A stretch of DNA of 32,000 bases, taken from Vulcanisaeta distributa DSM 14429. Lineage in GTDB: Archaea; Thermoproteota; Thermoprotei; Thermoproteales; Thermocladiaceae. Under the pieces are notes generated by a model, which saw nothing but the letters and a program-made list of their open reading frames with translations, was not told the origin of the DNA and made no database searches. Positions 24,293-32,000 of the stretch are shown in pieces. Location of the stretch: assembly GCF_000148385.1 (NCBI RefSeq), contig NC_014537.1, positions 1,020,001-1,052,000 on the forward strand. Reading direction: 5' to 3'. The position numbers and the translations under genes were made by a program. Within the stretch, counting starts at the first letter, position 1, and every line of letters begins with the position of its first letter.

Positions 24293-24763
24293 ATGAGCTC
24301 AATGAATGAGCTAATAAAGGAGTTGAGAATTAATGAGGTAATTAATGCATTAATAACGGCATTCAAGGCAGGTAATAGAGACTACGTATCATCAGCTACT
24401 GAACTACTGCACGAGGAGTTCACATACACAGTCTCTGAGTCAATAGAATTAACTGGTGACACCCTTAAGCGCGCATCCATCCTCTACGCACTGTATTGTC
24501 TAAGTCTTGGTATTCTCAGGTTAATGAATAACGAAGACTTAACCATAAACCCAATCGAGTTATTAAGAACGTCCGTGGATAATGGGGATTTATCAGGTCT
24601 AACGCAGTCATTAATCACAGCGTCGGCACTGCTCATTAAGGGTGATGAGTCATGGATTAAGGACTTCAATGAGTTGATTCAGGTAGTTAATAACGAATTA
24701 TTCAGGAGAATCCTCTCATCATTCCTCGAGGTAATTAGGGTCGTTAAGACTGTAAATCCCTGA
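24293..24763 (+). CDS. hypothetical helical protein
   Basis: The start is taken at ATG 24293 (MSSMNELIKEL...), 23-37 nt from the shared AT-rich box. No motif recognised. Confidence 0.4.
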   Translation: MSSMNELIKELRINEVINALITAFKAGNRDYVSSATELLHEEFTYTVSESIELTGDTLKRASILYALYCLSLGILRLMNNEDLTINPIELLRTSVDNGDLSGLTQSLITASALLIKGDESWIKDFNELIQVVNNELFRRILSSFLEVIRVVKTVNP

Positions 24764-25535
24764 TCAGTATTACCATGTTCTTACCCTCAACCTTAGTAAT
24801 CCTAACAAAGCCTAGACCCTCAAGTCTCCTTACACTCCTCCACACGGTGGTCCTTGGTATGCCCAAGTCCCTGGAAATATCAACCTCAAATGCGGAGCCA
24901 CCCCTGGACTTTAGGTACTTAAGTATTGATAGTTCGTAATCATTGAGATTTAGCGCCGCTTGGTGTGTAGTTTCTCCCTTCGTAGTTTTTCTTCGTCCTA
25001 TCACTAATACGTATGACGTAGACGCAATTATAATGATAGCAATAATAATCACCATAAGGACTTCGAAATTAATCAGGTGATTTGTCACAGTCATCACACG
25101 CGTTGTCTTGGTCATTGGCATTATCGTATATAGGAATTCGCCAGGCCCCCTCGCCGTTATTAGTAATTCATTATTCACCATACTCATGTTAATTAATGAC
25201 AATGTTATGTTGGCTATGAGTATGTTACTAGGTATGACTATCTCAACCGTGGAGTTACCCACGTTTATTCCGACAAAGTTGTTTTCCACGAATACCCTGG
25301 GTACATACACTATGGACACATTAGCAGTGCCTAGAACTGGTATTATTATTGATGTACCATTAATCACGTATGCAGTTACGGAACCATTAACGAGCACCTC
25401 TATGTATGATTGAGGCTGCACAGGTAATTGTAATGTTACGAATTCGCCAGTTAACGTGGTATTTAAGCTAACGGTTGACGTACCATTGCTGTACAGTGTT
25501 ATTATCCAGATTAGCATTAATGGTGTTATTACCAT
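24744..25535 (-). CDS. membrane-tethered winged-helix protein (signal/TM - sequon-rich ectodomain - TM - cytoplasmic wHTH)
   Basis: The first 150 residues hold 8 N-x-S/T sequons. The TM helix FEVLMVIIIAIIIIASTSYVLVIG is followed by RRKTTKG. The C-terminal YELSILKYLKSRGGSAFEVDISRDLGIPRTTVWRSVRRLEGLGFVRI is a MarR/TrmB-like wHTH. Confidence 0.65.
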   Translation of the reverse strand: MVITPLMLIWIITLYSNGTSTVSLNTTLTGEFVTLQLPVQPQSYIEVLVNGSVTAYVINGTSIIIPVLGTANVSIVYVPRVFVENNFVGINVGNSTVEIVIPSNILIANITLSLINMSMVNNELLITARGPGEFLYTIMPMTKTTRVMTVTNHLINFEVLMVIIIAIIIIASTSYVLVIGRRKTTKGETTHQAALNLNDYELSILKYLKSRGGSAFEVDISRDLGIPRTTVWRSVRRLEGLGFVRITKVEGKNMVILIRDLQS

Positions 25536-25589
25536 TTTAATTAACGGTTTTTGAATTAATTAATATCCTATAAAGGTTTCCTTATTAGC

Positions 25590-26906
25590 CTATGTACCGA
25601 GACCCCAACTACTTATGTAACGTCTCTGTTCCTCAGTTAATTGATCAATCCTTATGCCCATGGTCTCAAGCTTGAGTCTTGCAACTTCCATGTCGAGTTC
25701 GTCAGGTAACTTATGAACACCGAGCTGTAGCTTACCCCTATTCTTAACTATATACTCAACGGCGAGTGCCTGGTTGCTGAAGGACATGTCCATGACCTCG
25801 CTCGGGTGCCCCTCCGCCGCAACCAAATTAACGAGCCTACCCTCGGCAAGTAAGTAGACGCGCTTACCGTTCGGCAGTCTATACTCAACTACGTAATCCC
25901 TAATCTTCCTTTTCTCGGCTGCGACTCTCTCGAGACCTGCTACGTCAATTTCCACGTTGAAGTGGCCAGCATTGGCCAGGACAGCCCCATCCTTCATCTT
26001 AAGTATGTGGTCCAGGGTTATTGCATTTATGTCGCCGGTAGCCGTTATGAATATGTCGCCGATCTCTGCAGCCTCGCTCATGGGCATGACCTCAAACCCA
26101 TCGAAGACAGCCTCAAGTGCCCTAACAGGGTTTACCTCGGTGACTATGACCCTACGTGCACCAAGCCCCTTAGCCCTCATGGCTATTCCACGTCCAACCC
26201 AGCCATAACCTGCAACAACAACGACCTTACCCGCAACCAGTATGTTCGTGGCCCTGAGTATCCCATCCCAAGTTGATTGTCCTGTTCCGTACCTATTATC
26301 GAATAGGTACTTGGTGTATGAGTCGTTAACGGCAATTATTGGGTACCTAAGCGTACCCTCCCTCGCCATTGCTCTTAGCCTGATGACACCCGTTGTTGTC
26401 TCCTCAGTACCGCCGTAAACACTACTTATTAATTTAGCGAAGTCCCTATCACCAGCGGTTTCCAATGCATAATTTACCTCATTACTCTTAACACCAAGGG
26501 CCAACTTATGCAGTGTCACCGTTAGGTCTGCACCATCATCCATAGTAACGACAGGTTCCTGGGATATTGCAAAACCAATTGCATTATAGTACTCCCTCTC
26601 ATTCATCCCCTTCCATGCATACACGTAAATACCATCCTCAGCCAATGCGGCGGCTACCTCGTCCTGCGTGGAGAGTGGATTCGAGGGTACTAGGGTTACC
26701 GTAGCTCCGCCAGCAACTAATGTCCTGACTAAAACGGCAGTTTCCTTGGTCACGTGTAAGCTGGCCGATATCCTAATACCATCGAGTGGCTTCTCCCTGG
26801 TGAACCTCTCCCTAATCTTCATTAGAACTGGCATGTGTCTCTCAGCCCACTCAATGAGTAAGCGTCCCTTCTCAGCGAGCGATATGTCCTTAACCTTATA
26901 TGTCAT
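25590..26906 (-). CDS. ahcY: S-adenosyl-L-homocysteine hydrolase
   Basis: 438 aa. [26 protein letters not shown]-binding [12 protein letters not shown] and [12 protein letters not shown] are collinear with AhcY. Confidence 0.9.
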   Translation of the reverse strand: MTYKVKDISLAEKGRLLIEWAERHMPVLMKIRERFTREKPLDGIRISASLHVTKETAVLVRTLVAGGATVTLVPSNPLSTQDEVAAALAEDGIYVYAWKGMNEREYYNAIGFAISQEPVVTMDDGADLTVTLHKLALGVKSNEVNYALETAGDRDFAKLISSVYGGTEETTTGVIRLRAMAREGTLRYPIIAVNDSYTKYLFDNRYGTGQSTWDGILRATNILVAGKVVVVAGYGWVGRGIAMRAKGLGARRVIVTEVNPVRALEAVFDGFEVMPMSEAAEIGDIFITATGDINAITLDHILKMKDGAVLANAGHFNVEIDVAGLERVAAEKRKIRDYVVEYRLPNGKRVYLLAEGRLVNLVAAEGHPSEVMDMSFSNQALAVEYIVKNRGKLQLGVHKLPDELDMEVARLKLETMGIRIDQLTEEQRRYISSWGLGT

Positions 26907-26956
26907 TCAGGTCAATACGTTGACTCACTGAAGTATTAAAATTTTAACAAGGGCAA

Positions 26957-28063
26957 TTATCCATATAGTAACTTCTCCGTTTGTTTATCGAATATCTTGA
27001 TCTTACGTGAATTGAAGTATACATGCACTGGTTCGCCGAGTCCAAAGCTTGTTGATGAGACGACTTTCACCTCAGTGCTTTGTAGTTTAACCATTACGTT
27101 AAACTTACCTCCGGCGAATTCCGAGATCTCCACGGTACCCTTACCGACATAAATAAGGTCATTATTATTGCTAATGACCTCCTTGGACAATACCACGTCC
27201 TCAGGCCTTATACCGAGGATTACGCTCCCATTGCCCTGCACATTTATATTTTGTGGTAGCTGAACCTTCACATCACCACCATCGAAGTATACCTCATTGC
27301 CCTTACCAACAATTGAGCCATCGAATAGGTTTATATCGCCTATGAAATTCGCCACAAATACATTGACAGGTTTATCATAAATCTCGCTGGGCAACCCTAT
27401 CTGTTGAATAACGCCTCTTCTAAGCACAGCTATTCTATCGGCTAGTGTCAACGCGTCGGCTGGATCGTGCGTCACAAGTATTGTGGTTATCCCGAGCTTC
27501 TTCTGGATATCCTTAACAAATGCCCTAGCCGTAACCCTAATCCTAGCGTCAAGGTTGCTAAATGGCTCGTCCATGAGGAGCACTTGCGGCTCCTTAACCA
27601 GGGCTCTGGCGATAGCCACCCTCTGCTGCTGACCACCTGATAACTGCCTTGGGTACCTATCCAGCGTTTCGGCAATACCCAGGACCTCAGCAATTTCCCT
27701 AACCTTCTTCTCAATCTCACTCTTCGGCAGCTTCTTAATCCTGAGTGGGAAGGCTATGTTATCGAAGACCTTCATATGTGGGTATAAGGCCCAGTTTTGA
27801 AATACCATGCCCACGTTTCTATCCTTTGGAGGTATGAAGATGCCCTTCCTCGGCGATGCAACTAGGGTATCGCCAATCCAGACCTCACCGTCAGTTGGCT
27901 CCTCAAGACCCGCCACAACTCTGAGGAGTGTTGTTTTTCCGTGACCTGATGGCCCCATTACAACCATGAACTCGCCAGACCTCACCTCAAGCTCAACCTT
28001 GTCTAAAGCCACTACGTTCTTTCCAAATATCTTCGTAACCTCATGAAGGTAAACCCTCACCAT
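26957..28063 (-). CDS. ABC transporter ATP-binding protein, MalK/UgpC-like (sugar-type, with C-terminal regulatory domain)
   Basis: Walker A GPSGHGKTT, signature LSGGQQQRVAIARAL and Walker B LLMDEPFSNLD, plus an about 130-aa beta-rich C-terminal domain. Confidence 0.85.
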   Translation of the reverse strand: MVRVYLHEVTKIFGKNVVALDKVELEVRSGEFMVVMGPSGHGKTTLLRVVAGLEEPTDGEVWIGDTLVASPRKGIFIPPKDRNVGMVFQNWALYPHMKVFDNIAFPLRIKKLPKSEIEKKVREIAEVLGIAETLDRYPRQLSGGQQQRVAIARALVKEPQVLLMDEPFSNLDARIRVTARAFVKDIQKKLGITTILVTHDPADALTLADRIAVLRRGVIQQIGLPSEIYDKPVNVFVANFIGDINLFDGSIVGKGNEVYFDGGDVKVQLPQNINVQGNGSVILGIRPEDVVLSKEVISNNNDLIYVGKGTVEISEFAGGKFNVMVKLQSTEVKVVSSTSFGLGEPVHVYFNSRKIKIFDKQTEKLLYG

Positions 28064-28163
28064 GCCCGCAATATTACTGACTATCTAACCAAAAATAAAT
28101 TTTTCCAATAAGACTGGGTATAACAAGTATTATTTGTAATTATGATTTAACCAGCCACTGCGT

Positions 28164-30494
28164 ATGGGGAATCTATTAAAATGTCCTAAAATGAGTACGT
28201 GCTGGCTTTATATGAGTCATGTTAGTAGGCGATTTGAAAATGCGGCGAGGATGTGGGGTAGGGATGTGGATAAGTTCGTCGAGGCCGCCATTAATGGTTT
28301 TGGCAGTTCAATGTTTATAATGGGTCTGTACTACAGAAGGCCCAATTGGGCTTGGCCCAGGTGGTTGAGGCAGCAATTAGACCCTAGCGGTAGGGGTTTT
28401 GAGCCAGCTCAGTTAATGCCATTTAGGAACATTCACTTTAAGGATTGGGGCATGGTTGGTACTGTGCAGGGCGTTAATGAGGCCGTTATAGACCCAGCCA
28501 TGTTATTTGTTACGCGGAAAAATGTTGCGTTTGAGGTTTGGGTTTATGATGGTTCAAGGCTATACACGCCAGGCCTTAACGGTTCGTTTAGGCAATATCT
28601 TGAGAGGCCTGGTTACCCAGTAATAGTTAATGAGTGGGATTTAGGCGCGGTGAGGGTTGTTGCTAGGTCGACCGTTGCTAATAGGTCAGGAGTTGATGTG
28701 TTGATTATAGACCTTAAATTGATGGGTTTACCTGGTAATTACATTGTCTACCTAGTGACTAGGCCCTATAACGTTGACCACATTATTGAAGTGAAGAGCG
28801 CAGGCGTGGAGAGTGATGGGTGGTTCATAACCGTGAATGACGAGCTAGCATTAACTACGGATAGGGAACCGTCACAATTCGGTTCATACAATGTAAGTAG
28901 GGATGCGAGTGAGGATGCATCCTTTGGTAGACTTAATAGTGAGCTTTACGTTAATGACGAGTTGGGTTGGGCGCACGCAGCACTTGGTTTTGATGCTGTC
29001 ATTAATGGCAGTAATGAATGGAGACTAAGGGCGAGGGCGCCGATCGACCCCCTTAGGAATACACGGCATAATAGGGCATTGATTAGATCTGTTGACGATA
29101 ATGACATCGCCAACGAATTGCGTAATTGGGGCTCAATAAATGAAAGGTCATTTTCAGTATCAGTTGGTGATAGTGTCATTGGTGATGTCCTTCGTCAATC
29201 AATGGCGAACTTAGTTATGCTGTGGGATGGTGGTAAAATAACGCCAGGTCCATTGATTTACCACCTCTTTTGGATAAGGGATGGATCATACATGGCAACT
29301 GCCCTTACAATGCTCAACCTAGCCGACATGGGTAAGGCTGTCATTGAGGAACTATTGAGGAGGATTGACGATAGTGGGTACTTTAGGGCAGTGGATTTCG
29401 AGGTGAAGGAGTATGACGCCAATGGGCAAGTCTTATGGGCCGTGAGTAAGTATGTGCAGTTAACGAGGGACTATGACACATTGAGAAGGTGGTATCCAGT
29501 GATTAGGCGTGGGGTTGAGTGGTTAGAGACGAATAGGGAGGTGACGGGCGATGAGTCAGTAAGGGGTTTATTACCACCGTCCTGGTCTGCCGAGGATACG
29601 GGACCCATGGATCACCATTACTGGGATGATATGTGGGCCATAGCCGGGTTAAGGGAGTTGGGCAGGGTGCTTAGGGATGTTGGTCATGAGGATCATGAAT
29701 GGGTTGAGAAGTTGCGTGGGGAGTTTGTGGACGCCCTTATTAATTCAATAAATGTTGTAAGATCGAGACTTGGCGTTGACTACATAGTGCCTGCACCGGA
29801 GAGGGTGGCTGATTCGGCAATGACTAGGGTTATAGCGGTTGTATGGCCGACAATGGCATTACCGTTGGATAACCCATTAGTTAGAAGAACGCTTGAGGTC
29901 ACCGAGGAGTTATATGGGCTAAATGGCGGTGTAGTGAATACCCACCAGTGGGGTACCTATGGTAGTTACTTAACGATGAACCTGGCACACTCCTGGGCCA
30001 TACTCGGCGATAGAGAGCGGGTGGGTAGGTACTTAACATGGGTCATCAATCACACGTCATCGACCTACGGCTGGGCCGAGGGAATATCAATAATAACCGA
30101 GAGGGGCGGACAGGGCGATGCACCGCATGGCTGGGCTGCGGCGGACTTCATAATGCTCATTAGGGATTTAATAATAAATGACCTGTTTGAAGTACCAACA
30201 CTGCTCAGGGGCATGCCTGTGGACATACTGAGGCGTGGAGTTACGGCTAGCAATGTATTAACAATGCATGGGCTTGTTAAGAACATTAGTGCATCAATGA
30301 GGGATAAGGAGCTCGTAATTAATTACGAAGGCCCCGGTAGATCCATTGGGGATGGACAATACGAATTATTAATTGATTCGCCAATTACTCCTAGGGAGAT
30401 TCAATGCAGTGGTTGTAGGTATGAAATGATATTGAGCAATACTGTTAAGGTTATACATAGTGGCAAGTTCACTATTAAGGTGTTAGGTTCGTAG
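28164..30494 (+). CDS. large glycoside-hydrolase-like protein with (alpha/alpha)6 six-hairpin catalytic domain (GH15/debranching-enzyme-like, family uncertain)
   Basis: [43 protein letters not shown] and [18 protein letters not shown] resemble six-hairpin glycosidase helices, with an N-terminal beta domain. Confidence 0.5.
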   Translation: MGNLLKCPKMSTCWLYMSHVSRRFENAARMWGRDVDKFVEAAINGFGSSMFIMGLYYRRPNWAWPRWLRQQLDPSGRGFEPAQLMPFRNIHFKDWGMVGTVQGVNEAVIDPAMLFVTRKNVAFEVWVYDGSRLYTPGLNGSFRQYLERPGYPVIVNEWDLGAVRVVARSTVANRSGVDVLIIDLKLMGLPGNYIVYLVTRPYNVDHIIEVKSAGVESDGWFITVNDELALTTDREPSQFGSYNVSRDASEDASFGRLNSELYVNDELGWAHAALGFDAVINGSNEWRLRARAPIDPLRNTRHNRALIRSVDDNDIANELRNWGSINERSFSVSVGDSVIGDVLRQSMANLVMLWDGGKITPGPLIYHLFWIRDGSYMATALTMLNLADMGKAVIEELLRRIDDSGYFRAVDFEVKEYDANGQVLWAVSKYVQLTRDYDTLRRWYPVIRRGVEWLETNREVTGDESVRGLLPPSWSAEDTGPMDHHYWDDMWAIAGLRELGRVLRDVGHEDHEWVEKLRGEFVDALINSINVVRSRLGVDYIVPAPERVADSAMTRVIAVVWPTMALPLDNPLVRRTLEVTEELYGLNGGVVNTHQWGTYGSYLTMNLAHSWAILGDRERVGRYLTWVINHTSSTYGWAEGISIITERGGQGDAPHGWAAADFIMLIRDLIINDLFEVPTLLRGMPVDILRRGVTASNVLTMHGLVKNISASMRDKELVINYEGPGRSIGDGQYELLIDSPITPREIQCSGCRYEMILSNTVKVIHSGKFTIKVLGS

Positions 30495-30495
30495 A

Positions 30496-31488
30496 GTGTA
30501 TTCCACCCACTTTTTCGAAGAAACCTTTATTAAATTAGCTGTTGACGTCTTGGTGGGTTCCTTGACCTGGTTTAATCGGGATGTCATAAGCGTGCTGGAT
30601 TTCAATAGGGAGGACTTTGAGGTTTTGTTTTCTGAGGCCCTTAATATGGAAAAGTATGCTAAGTCTAGACTCGATATCCTCAGTGATAAGGTCCTTGCCC
30701 TGGCATTCTTCGAGCCGAGCACTAGGACTAGGCTTAGCTTTGAGACTGCCATGCTTAGGCTTGGTGGCAGGGTAATAGGCTTTAGCGGTGTTGAGGCTAC
30801 GTCGATGGCTAAGGGCGAGAATCTCGCCGACACAATTAGGATGCTTGATGCTTATGCAAACGCCATAGTGATTAGGCACAGCCTTGAGGGCGCGGCAAAA
30901 TTCGCGGCTGAGATTGCGGAGTCGCCAGTGATTAATGCAGGTGATGGCTCTCAGAACCACCCGACCCAGGCAATGCTTGACCTATACACGATTTGGCGGG
31001 AGTTTAAGGTGATTGATGGCCTATCCATCGGGATACTCGGCGACCTTAGGTATGCCAGGGTCGTTAACTCACTGGTTCAGGCCCTGTCCTATTACAGGGT
31101 TAGGCTTCACCTAATATCGCCTGAACTGCTAAGGCCTAGGCAGGAGCTTATTGAGTTCATGAATTCAAGGGGCATGAAATATGACTGGACTGATGATCCG
31201 TATAACGTGATTAATGATTTAGACGTGCTGTATGTCGTCAGGATTCAGAGGGAGAGGTTCCCTGACCCGATGGAGTACGAGAAGGTTAAAGGCGCCTACA
31301 AGGTAACGCCCAAGTTAATCGAGAAGGGCAAGCCAAACCTAATAATTCTTCACCCATTGCCCAGGGTTGATGAGGTTGACTTTGCGGTTGATAATATGCC
31401 GCAGGCTAAATACTTCAAACAAGCCAGCCTAGGGGTTCCCCTGCGCATGGCCTTGTTAAAACTCGTGCTTGCTGGTGATAAATCATGA
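30496..31488 (+). CDS. pyrB: aspartate carbamoyltransferase catalytic subunit
   Basis: Motifs [17 protein letters not shown] and HPLPRVDE. Coordinates give the maximal ORF. The true start is probably GTG 30553 or TTG 30562 ([14 protein letters not shown]), downstream of TATA-like ACCTTTATTAAAT. Confidence 0.9.
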   Translation: MYSTHFFEETFIKLAVDVLVGSLTWFNRDVISVLDFNREDFEVLFSEALNMEKYAKSRLDILSDKVLALAFFEPSTRTRLSFETAMLRLGGRVIGFSGVEATSMAKGENLADTIRMLDAYANAIVIRHSLEGAAKFAAEIAESPVINAGDGSQNHPTQAMLDLYTIWREFKVIDGLSIGILGDLRYARVVNSLVQALSYYRVRLHLISPELLRPRQELIEFMNSRGMKYDWTDDPYNVINDLDVLYVVRIQRERFPDPMEYEKVKGAYKVTPKLIEKGKPNLIILHPLPRVDEVDFAVDNMPQAKYFKQASLGVPLRMALLKLVLAGDKS

Positions 31489-31964
31489 GCAGTAAGAGGG
31501 AGTTGATAATTAGTAAGATCAGGGATGGCGTGGTGATCGACCACATACCCGCTGGTAGGGCACTTCTAGTGCTTCGGTTATTGGGTATATCTGGTCGTGA
31601 GGGGTTTAGGGTTGCGTTGGTTATGAATGTGGAGAGTAGGAAGCTGGGCACTAAGGACATCGTTAAGATCGAGGGTAGGGAATTAACTAAGGATGAACTT
31701 AACCTAGTGGCTCTCGTTGCGCCGACAGCCACTGTGAATATAATTAGGGATTATGAGGTCGTCAGCAAGTTTAAGGTGGCGATACCAGACGTGATAGAGG
31801 GATTGCTTAAGTGTAAGAATCCAAGATGCATAACGAACCAGCAGAGGGAACCTGTGAGGAGTAGGTTTCACGTGGTGTCCAGGGAACCACTCAAGCTAGT
31901 GTGTGAGTACTGCGGTACGATGCATGAACTAAGTGATATTGAGAAGTACTTTGGATTGGCGTGA
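31485..31964 (+). CDS. pyrI: aspartate carbamoyltransferase regulatory subunit
   Basis: [14 protein letters not shown]-terminus and the zinc site CKNPRC...CEYCG. ATGA overlap with pyrB. Confidence 0.9.
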   Translation: MSSKRELIISKIRDGVVIDHIPAGRALLVLRLLGISGREGFRVALVMNVESRKLGTKDIVKIEGRELTKDELNLVALVAPTATVNIIRDYEVVSKFKVAIPDVIEGLLKCKNPRCITNQQREPVRSRFHVVSREPLKLVCEYCGTMHELSDIEKYFGLA

Positions 31965-32000
31965 TGGTAATGATGAATGACGAATTGATAATCGATCTCT
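31964..32000 (+). CDS. 5' end of a downstream ORF running off the window
   Basis: ATG overlaps the pyrI stop (TGATG) and reads [12 protein letters not shown]... It is too short to identify. Confidence 0.3.
   Translation, partial: MVMMNDELIIDL

Noticed and set aside
24341-24354. Perfect 14-bp palindrome ATTAATGCATTAAT, which explains why 'VINALIT' appears in ORFs on both strands
   Set aside because: It lies inside the preferred plus-strand CDS (24293-24763). It makes the long minus-strand ORF extension (to 24366) look protein-like by symmetry only. I saw no independent evidence that it is a binding site.
25957-26276. Plus-strand ORFs of 83 and 104 aa inside ahcY
   Set aside because: They are antisense to a full-length, motif-complete AhcY gene. 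They are shadow ORFs.
30483-30960. Two minus-strand ORFs (116 and 141 aa) overlapping the 5' part of pyrB
   Set aside because: They are antisense to a CDS carrying the STRTR and HPTQ motifs, and their products are Ser/Leu/Arg-rich with no motif. They are shadow ORFs.

Overview
The window reads as chromosomal DNA of a crenarchaeon, probably Thermoproteales-like. This is an inference from archaeal class-III-signal pilin-like genes, PaREP1-like and 'archaeal ATPase' paralogues, sequon-rich surface proteins and the promoter pattern. That pattern is TATA-like boxes 20-35 nt upstream of first-gene start codons, with GGTG/GAGG Shine-Dalgarno motifs only before internal operon genes. Housekeeping genes sit at both ends: MobA/MocA-like transferase, DedA and a PDCD5-like protein on the left. 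On the right are a NuoI-like ferredoxin, sucCD, ahcY, a MalK-like ABC ATPase, a six-hairpin glycosidase and pyrBI. They flank two accessory blocks. Block (i), about 2.9-7.8 kb, holds two tandem archaeal AAA+ ATPase paralogues behind a duplicated palindromic operator-like element, a retropepsin-like protease, VapBC, a PaREP1-like protein and a cis-fused HEPN(RX4HXY)-MNT protein. Block (ii), about 7.9-20.5 kb, is a cell-envelope block. It starts with a six-ORF, translationally coupled surface operon that I cannot assign to any family. Two of its ORFs look detached from their signal anchors by frame changes, one at a (TA)6 tract and one in a short homopolymer-rich overlap. Next come a tandem-AbrB regulator isolated in AT-rich DNA and a type IV filament locus. 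That locus has a VirB11/FlaI-type ATPase, a platform split into two half-size T2SSF genes on opposite strands, and three pilin-like genes. An ACT-V4R protein and a secreted PAE/Notum-type esterase follow. I saw no rRNA, tRNA, CRISPR array, transposase or integrase. All family calls come from motif recognition by eye; no database was searched.
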